Positions 58,601 to 64,000 of a stretch of DNA of 64,000 nt are shown here, one piece after another (position 1 is the first letter of the stretch; the number at the start of each line of letters is the position of its first letter). This DNA is from Eledone cirrhosa (taxonomy: Eukaryota): positions 34,534,001-34,598,000 of the forward strand of contig OZ024752.1 in the NCBI GenBank assembly GCA_964016885.1, read 5' to 3'. Both the position numbers and the translations under genes were made by a program. Below the pieces are notes generated by a model. The model was given only the letters and a program-made list of their open reading frames with translations. It was not told the DNA's origin and did not search any database.

Positions 58601-61600
58601 ACTGAGAAGGTGCAATGATAAGACAGAGAGAACATGCACAGGGTTACTGAGAAAAGGCAATGGTAAGACAGAGAGAACATGCACAGGGTTACTGAGAAGA
58701 AGCAATGGTAAGACAGAGAGAACATGCACAGTGTTACTGAGAAGGGGCAATGATAAGACAGAGAGAACATGCACAGGGTTACTGAGAAGGGGCAATGGTA
58801 AGACAGAGAGAACATGCACAGGGTTACTGAGAAAAGGCAATGGTAAGACAGAGAGAACATGCACAGGGTTACTGAGAAGGGGCAATGGTAAGACAGAGAG
58901 CACATGCACAGGGTTACTGAGAAGGGGCAATGGTAAGACAGAGAGAACATGCACAGGGTTACTGAGAAAAGGCAATGGTAAGACAGAGAGAACATGCACA
59001 GGGTTACTGAGAAGAAGCAATGGTAAGACAGAGAGAACATGCACAGTGTTACTGAGAAGGGGCAATGATAAGACAGAGAGAACATGCACAGGGTTACTGA
59101 GAAGGGGCAATGGTAAGACAGAGAGAACATGCACAGGGTTACTGAGAAGGGGCAATGGTAAGACAGAGAGAACATGCACAGGGTTACTGAGAAAAGGCAA
59201 TGGTAAGACAGAGAGAACATGCACAGGGTTACTGAGAAAAGGCAATGGTAAGACAGAGAGAACATGCACAGGGTTACTGAGAAGAGGCAATGGTAAGACA
59301 GAGAGAACATGCACAGGGTTACTGAGAAGGGGCAATGATAAGACAGAGAGAACATGCACAGGGTTACTGAGAAGGGGCAATGGTAAGACAGAGAGAACAT
59401 GCACAGGGTTACTGAGAAAAGGCAATGGTAAGACAGAGAGAACATGCAGAGGGTTACTGAGAAGGGGCAATGGTAAGACAGAGAGAACATGCACAGGGTT
59501 ACTGAGAAGGGGCAATGGTAAGACAGAGAGAACATGCACAGGGTTACTGAGAAAGGGCAATGGTAAGACAGAGAGGACATGCACAGGGTTACTGAGAAGG
59601 GGCAATGGTAAGACAGAGAGTACATGCACAGGGTTACTGAGAAGGGGCAATGGTAAGACAGAGAGAACATGCACAGGGTTACTGAGAAAAGGCAATGGTA
59701 AGACAGAGAGAACATGCACAGGGTTACTGAGAAGGGGCAATGGTAAGACAGAGAGTACATGCACAGGGTTACTGAGAAGGGGCAATGGTAAGACAGAGAG
59801 AACATGCACAGGGTTACTGAGAAGGGGCAATGGTAAGACAGAGAGAACATGCACAGGGTTACTGAGAAGGGGCAATGATAAGACAGAGAGAACATGCACA
59901 GGGTTACTGAGAAGGGGCAATGGTAAGACAGAGAGAACATGCACAGGGTTACTGAGAAGGGGCAATGATAAGACAGAGAGAACATGCACAGGGTTACTGA
60001 GAAGGGGCAATGGTAAGACGGAGAGAACATGCACAGGGTTACTGAGAAGGGGCAATGGTAAGACAGAGAGAACATGCACAGGGTTACTGAGTAGGGGCAA
60101 TGATAAGACAGAGAGAACATGCACAGGGTTACTGAGAAAAGGCAATGGTAAGACAGAGAGAACATGCACAGGGTTACTGAGAAGGTGCAATGATAAGACA
60201 GAGAGAACATGCACAGGGTTACTGAGAAAAGGCAATGGTAAGACAGAGAGAACATGCACAGGGTTACTGAGAAGAAGCAATGGTAAGACAGAGAGAACAT
60301 GCACAGTGTTACTGAGAAGGGGCAATGATAAGACAGAGAGAACATGCACAGGGTTACTGAGAAGGGGCAATGGTAAGACAGAGAGAACATGCACAGGGTT
60401 ACTGAGAAAAGGCAATGGTAAGACAGAGAGAACATGCACAGGGTTACTGAGAAAAGGCAATGGTAAGACAGAGAGAACATGCACAGGGTTACTGAGAAGA
60501 GGCAATGGTAAGACAGAGAGAACATGCACAGGGTTACTGAGAAGGTGCAATGATAAGACAGAGAGAACATGCACAGGGTTACTGAGAAAAGGCAATGGTA
60601 AGACAGAGAGAACATGCACAGGGTTACTGAGAAGAAGCAATGGTAAGACAGAGAGAACATGCACAGTGTTACTGAGAAGGGGCAATGATAAGACAGAGAG
60701 AACATGCACAGGGTTACTGAGAAGGGGCAATGGTAAGACAGAGAGAACATGCACAGGGTTACTGAGAAAAGGCAATGGTAAGACAGAGAGAACATGCACA
60801 GGGTTACTGAGAAGGGGCAATGGTAAGACAGAGAGCACATGCACAGGGTTACTGAGAAGGGGCAATGGTAAGACAGAGAGAACATGCACAGGGTTACTGA
60901 GAAAAGGCAATGGTAAGACAGAGAGAACATGCACAGGGTTACTGAGAAGAAGCAATGGTAAGACAGAGAGAACATGCACAGTGTTACTGAGAAGGGGCAA
61001 TGATAAGACAGAGAGAACATGCACAGGGTTACTGAGAAGGGGCAATGGTAAGACAGAGAGAACATGCACAGGGTTACTGAGAAGGGGCAATGGTAAGACA
61101 GAGAGAACATGCACAGGGTTACTGAGAAAAGGCAATGGTAAGACAGAGAGAACATGCACAGGGTTACTGAGAAAAGGCAATGGTAAGACAGAGAGAACAT
61201 GCACAGGGTTACTGAGAAGAGGCAATGGTAAGACAGAGAGAACATGCACAGGGTTACTGAGAAGGGGCAATGATAAGACAGAGAGAACATGCACAGGGTT
61301 ACTGAGAAGGGGCAATGGTAAGACAGAGAGAACATGCACAGTGTTACTGAGAAAAGGCAATGGTAAGACAGAGAGAACATGCACAGGGTTACTGAGAAGG
61401 GGCAATGGTAAGACAGAGAGCACATGCACAGGGTTACTGAGAAGGGGCAATGGTAAGACAGAGAGAACATGCACAGGGTTACTGAGAAGGGGCAATGGTA
61501 AGACAGAGAGAACATGCACAGGGTTACTGAGAAAGGGCAATGGTAAGACAGAGAGGACATGCACAGGGTTACTGAGAAGGGGCAATGGTAAGACAGAGAG

Positions 61601-62087
61601 TACATGCACAGGGTTACTGAGAAGGGGCAATGGTAAGACAGAGAGAACATGCACAGGGTTACTGAGAAAAGGCAATGGTAAGACAGAGAGAACATGCACA
61701 GGGTTACTGAGAAGGGGCAATGGTAAGACAGAGAGTACATGCACAGGGTTACTGAGAAGGGGCAATGGTAAGACAGAGAGAACATGCACAGGGTTACTGA
61801 GAATGGGCAATGGTAAGACAGAGAGAACATGCACAGGGTTACTGAGAAGGGGCAATGATAAGACAGAGAGAACATGCACAGGGTTACTGAGAAGGGGCAA
61901 TGGTAAGACAGAGAGAACATGCACAGGGTTACTGAGAAGGGGCAATGATAAGACAGAGAGAACATGCACAGGGTTACTGAGAAGGGGCAATGGTAAGACG
62001 GAGAGAACATGCACAGGGTTACTGAGAAGGGGCAATGGTAAGACAGAGAGAACATGCACAGGGTTACTGAGTAGGGGCAATGATAAG

Positions 62088-62307
62088 ACAGAGAGAACAT
62101 GCACAGGGTTACTGCGAAGGGGAAAGTAGGGGCAATGATAAGACAGAGAGAACATGCACAGGGTTACTGTGAAGGGGAAAGAAGGGGCAATGATAAGACA
62201 GAGAGAACATGCACAGGGTTACTGCGAAGGGGAAAGAAGGGGCAATGATAAGACAGAGAGAACATGCACAGAGTTACTGCGAAGGGGAAAGAAGGGGCAA
62301 TGGTAAG
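62088..62307. repeat. 4 x 55-bp cassette (11 of 12)
   Basis: Same type as cassette 9; the 2nd unit has CTGTGAAG (CpG to TpG). Confidence 0.95.
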
Positions 62308-63790
62308 ACAGAGAGAACATGCACAGGGTTACTGAGAAGGGGCAATGGTAAGACAGAGAGAACATGTACCGGGTTACTAAGAAGGGGCAATGGTAAGACA
62401 GAGAGAACATGCACAGGGTTACTGAGAAGGGGCAATGGTAAGACAGAGAGAACATGCACAGGGTTACGGAGAAGGGGCAATGGTAGACAGAGAGAACATG
62501 CACAGTGTTACTGAGAAGGGGAAATAGTAAGACAGAGAGAACATGCACAGTGTTACTGAGAAGGGGCAATGGTAAGACAGAGAGAACATGCACTGGGTTA
62601 CTGAGAAGGGGCAATGGTAAGACAGAGAGAACATGCTCAGGGTTACTGAGAAGGGGCAATGGTAAGACAGAGAGAACATGCTCAGGGTTACTGAGAAGGG
62701 GCAATGGTAGACAGAGAGAACATGCACAGTGTTACTGAGAAGGGGAAATAGTAAGACAGAGAGAACATGTACAGGGTTACTAAGAAGGGGCAATGGTAAG
62801 ACAGAGAGAACATGCACTGGGTTACTGAGAAGGGGCAATGGTAAGACAGAGAGAACATGCACAGGGTTAATGAGAAGGGGCAATGGTAAGACAGAGAGAA
62901 CATGCTCAGGGTTACTGAGAAGGGGCAATGGTAAGACAGAGAGAACATGCACAGGGTTACTGAGAAGGGGCAATGGTAAGACAGAGAGAACGTGCACAGG
63001 GTTACTGAGAAGGGGCAATGGTAAGTCAGAGAGAACATGCACAGGGTTACTGAGAAAAGGCAATGGTAAGACAGAGAGAACATGCACAGGGTTACTGAGA
63101 AGGGGCAATGGTAAGACAGAGAGAACATGCACAGGGTTACTGAGAAGGGGCAATGGTAAGACAGAGAGAACATGCACAGGGTTACTGAGAAGGGGCAATG
63201 GTAAGACAGAGAGAACATGCACAGGGTTACCGAGAAGGGGCAATGATAAGACAGAGAGAACATGCACAGGGTTACTGAGAAGGGGCAATGGTAAGACAGA
63301 GAGAACATGCACAGGGTTACTGAGAAGGGGCAATGGTAAGACGGAGAGAACATGCACAGGGTTACTGAGAAGGAGCAATGGTAAGACAGAGAGAACATGC
63401 ACAGGGTTACTGAGAAGGGGCAATGGTAAGACGGAGAGAACATGCACAGGGTTACTGAGAAGGAGCAATGGTAAGACAGAGAGAACATGCACAGGGTTAC
63501 TGAGAAGGGGCAATGATAAGACAGAGAGAACATGCACAGGGTTACTGAGAAGGGGCAATGGTAAGACGGAGAGAACATGCACAGGGTTACTGAGAAGGAG
63601 CAATGGTAAGACAGAGAGAACATGCACAGGGTTACTGAGAAGGGGCAATGATAAGACAGAGAGAACATGCACAGGGTTACTGAGAAGGGGCAATGGTAAG
63701 ACGGAGAGAACATGCACAGGGTTACTGAGAAGGAGCAATGGTAAGACAGAGAGAACATGCACAGGGTTACTGAGTAGGGGCAATGATAAG

Positions 63791-64000
63791 ACAGAGAGAA
63801 CATGCACAGGGTTACTGCGAAGGGGAAAGAAGGGGCAATGATAAGACAGAGAGAACATGCACAGGGTTACTGCGAAGGGGAAAGAAGGGGCAATGATAAG
63901 ACAGAGATAACATGCACAGGGTTACTGCGAAGGGGAAAGAAGGGGCAATGATAAGACAGAGAAAACATGCACAGAGTTACTGCGAAGGGGAAAGAAGGGG
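63791..64000. repeat. 4 x 55-bp cassette (12 of 12; truncated by the window end)
   Basis: Same type as cassette 10 (GAGATAAC, GAAAACAT, AGAGTTAC). Confidence 0.93.

Larger units (their letters stand above)
1..64000. repeat. 45-bp tandem satellite/minisatellite array (~1,410 head-to-tail units; runs off both ends of the window)
   Basis: Consensus ACAGAGAGAACATGCACAGGGTTACTGAGAAGGGGCAATGGTAAG repeats continuously in one orientation. Most units carry 0-2 substitutions. Length variants of 43, 44, 46, 47 and 55 bp occur. No non-repeat insertion or inversion was seen. Confidence 0.99.
58580..64000. repeat. Distant copy of block ~41590-44720, with an internal ~1.95-kb tandem duplication (58580-60140 / 60520-62110)
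   Basis: Markers AGGTGCAATGAT, GAGCACAT, GAGTACAT x2, AAAGTAGGGG, AGAGTTAC, ATGCTCAG, AACGTGC and AAGTCAG recur. ORF offset 43597/62209 is 18612; local offsets are 1935-1980. Confidence 0.87.

Noticed and set aside
205-63858. Long ORFs on both strands (TERTCTGLLRRGNGK, VHVLSVLPLPLLSNP and MFSLSYHCPFSVTLC repeats, up to 1871 aa)
   Set aside because: The unit length is a multiple of 3 and three frames lack stops by composition. The ORFs overlap on both strands, and frameshifting 44/46/47/55-bp units and stop variants are freely duplicated. There are no unique domains or gene structure.
1-64000. CRISPR array
   Set aside because: There are no unique spacers (units are near-identical along their full length), and no cas genes or leader.
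1-64000. Immunoglobulin switch region
   Set aside because: The unit size, G-rich strand and TGCA motif resemble one superficially. However, AGCT/GAGCT pentamers are absent, the array is far longer than known switch regions, and no I or C exons are visible.
1-64000. Tandem 11-codon mini-ORF MVRQREHAQGY* in good Kozak context (GCAATGG)
   Set aside because: It is expected by chance in a short unit, and there is no promoter or transcript evidence or sign of coding constraint.
1-64000. 21-nt micro-exon array (CAG|GGTTACTGAGAAGGGGCAATG|GTAAG) on +
   Set aside because: The intervening 24 nt is too short for a normal intron and is purine-rich, with no polypyrimidine tract.
1-64000. Variants as sequencing error, or the window as a synthetic or rolling-circle concatemer
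   Set aside because: Rare variants, including indels, recur in the same order in separate blocks, which indicates inherited mutations. The exact copy number of the blocks still needs read validation.
1-64000. True telomeric repeat tract, or tRNA/5S/snRNA tandem genes
   Set aside because: There is no tandem TTAGGG, no A/B boxes, no poly-T terminators and no foldable RNA-gene-sized unit.
1-64000. Leucine-rich-repeat or zinc-finger-like protein from the minus-strand frames
   Set aside because: The 15-aa period fits neither the LRR consensus nor C2H2 spacing. The Leu/Ser/Pro/Phe richness simply reflects the pyrimidine-rich strand.

Overview
The whole 64-kb window is one uninterrupted, single-orientation tandem satellite/minisatellite array of about 1,410 units. 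The consensus unit is 45 bp: ACAGAGAGAACATGCACAGGGTTACTGAGAAGGGGCAATGGTAAG (A17 G16 C6 T6; 73% purine on +, 49% GC, no CpG). I found no unique sequence, credible gene, RNA gene, CRISPR array or mobile element. The many long ORFs are artefacts of a unit length divisible by 3 with three stop-free frames. The real information is in the variant pattern. Twelve cassettes each contain exactly four 55-bp monomers, and their diagnostic changes drift along the array. Recurrent clusters of 44-bp CACAGTG monomers, led by a CACAGT-GTT-ACTGTG palindrome, lie at or beside several duplication junctions. Nested higher-order duplications range from 90 bp to about 6.3 kb, plus one roughly 18.6-kb-distant copy. 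The DNA is most likely eukaryotic heterochromatic or subtelomeric, but the organism cannot be determined. I see no direct evidence for a new protein-coding system; all functional ideas below are motif-level hypotheses. Block boundaries are approximate because I placed them by eye.
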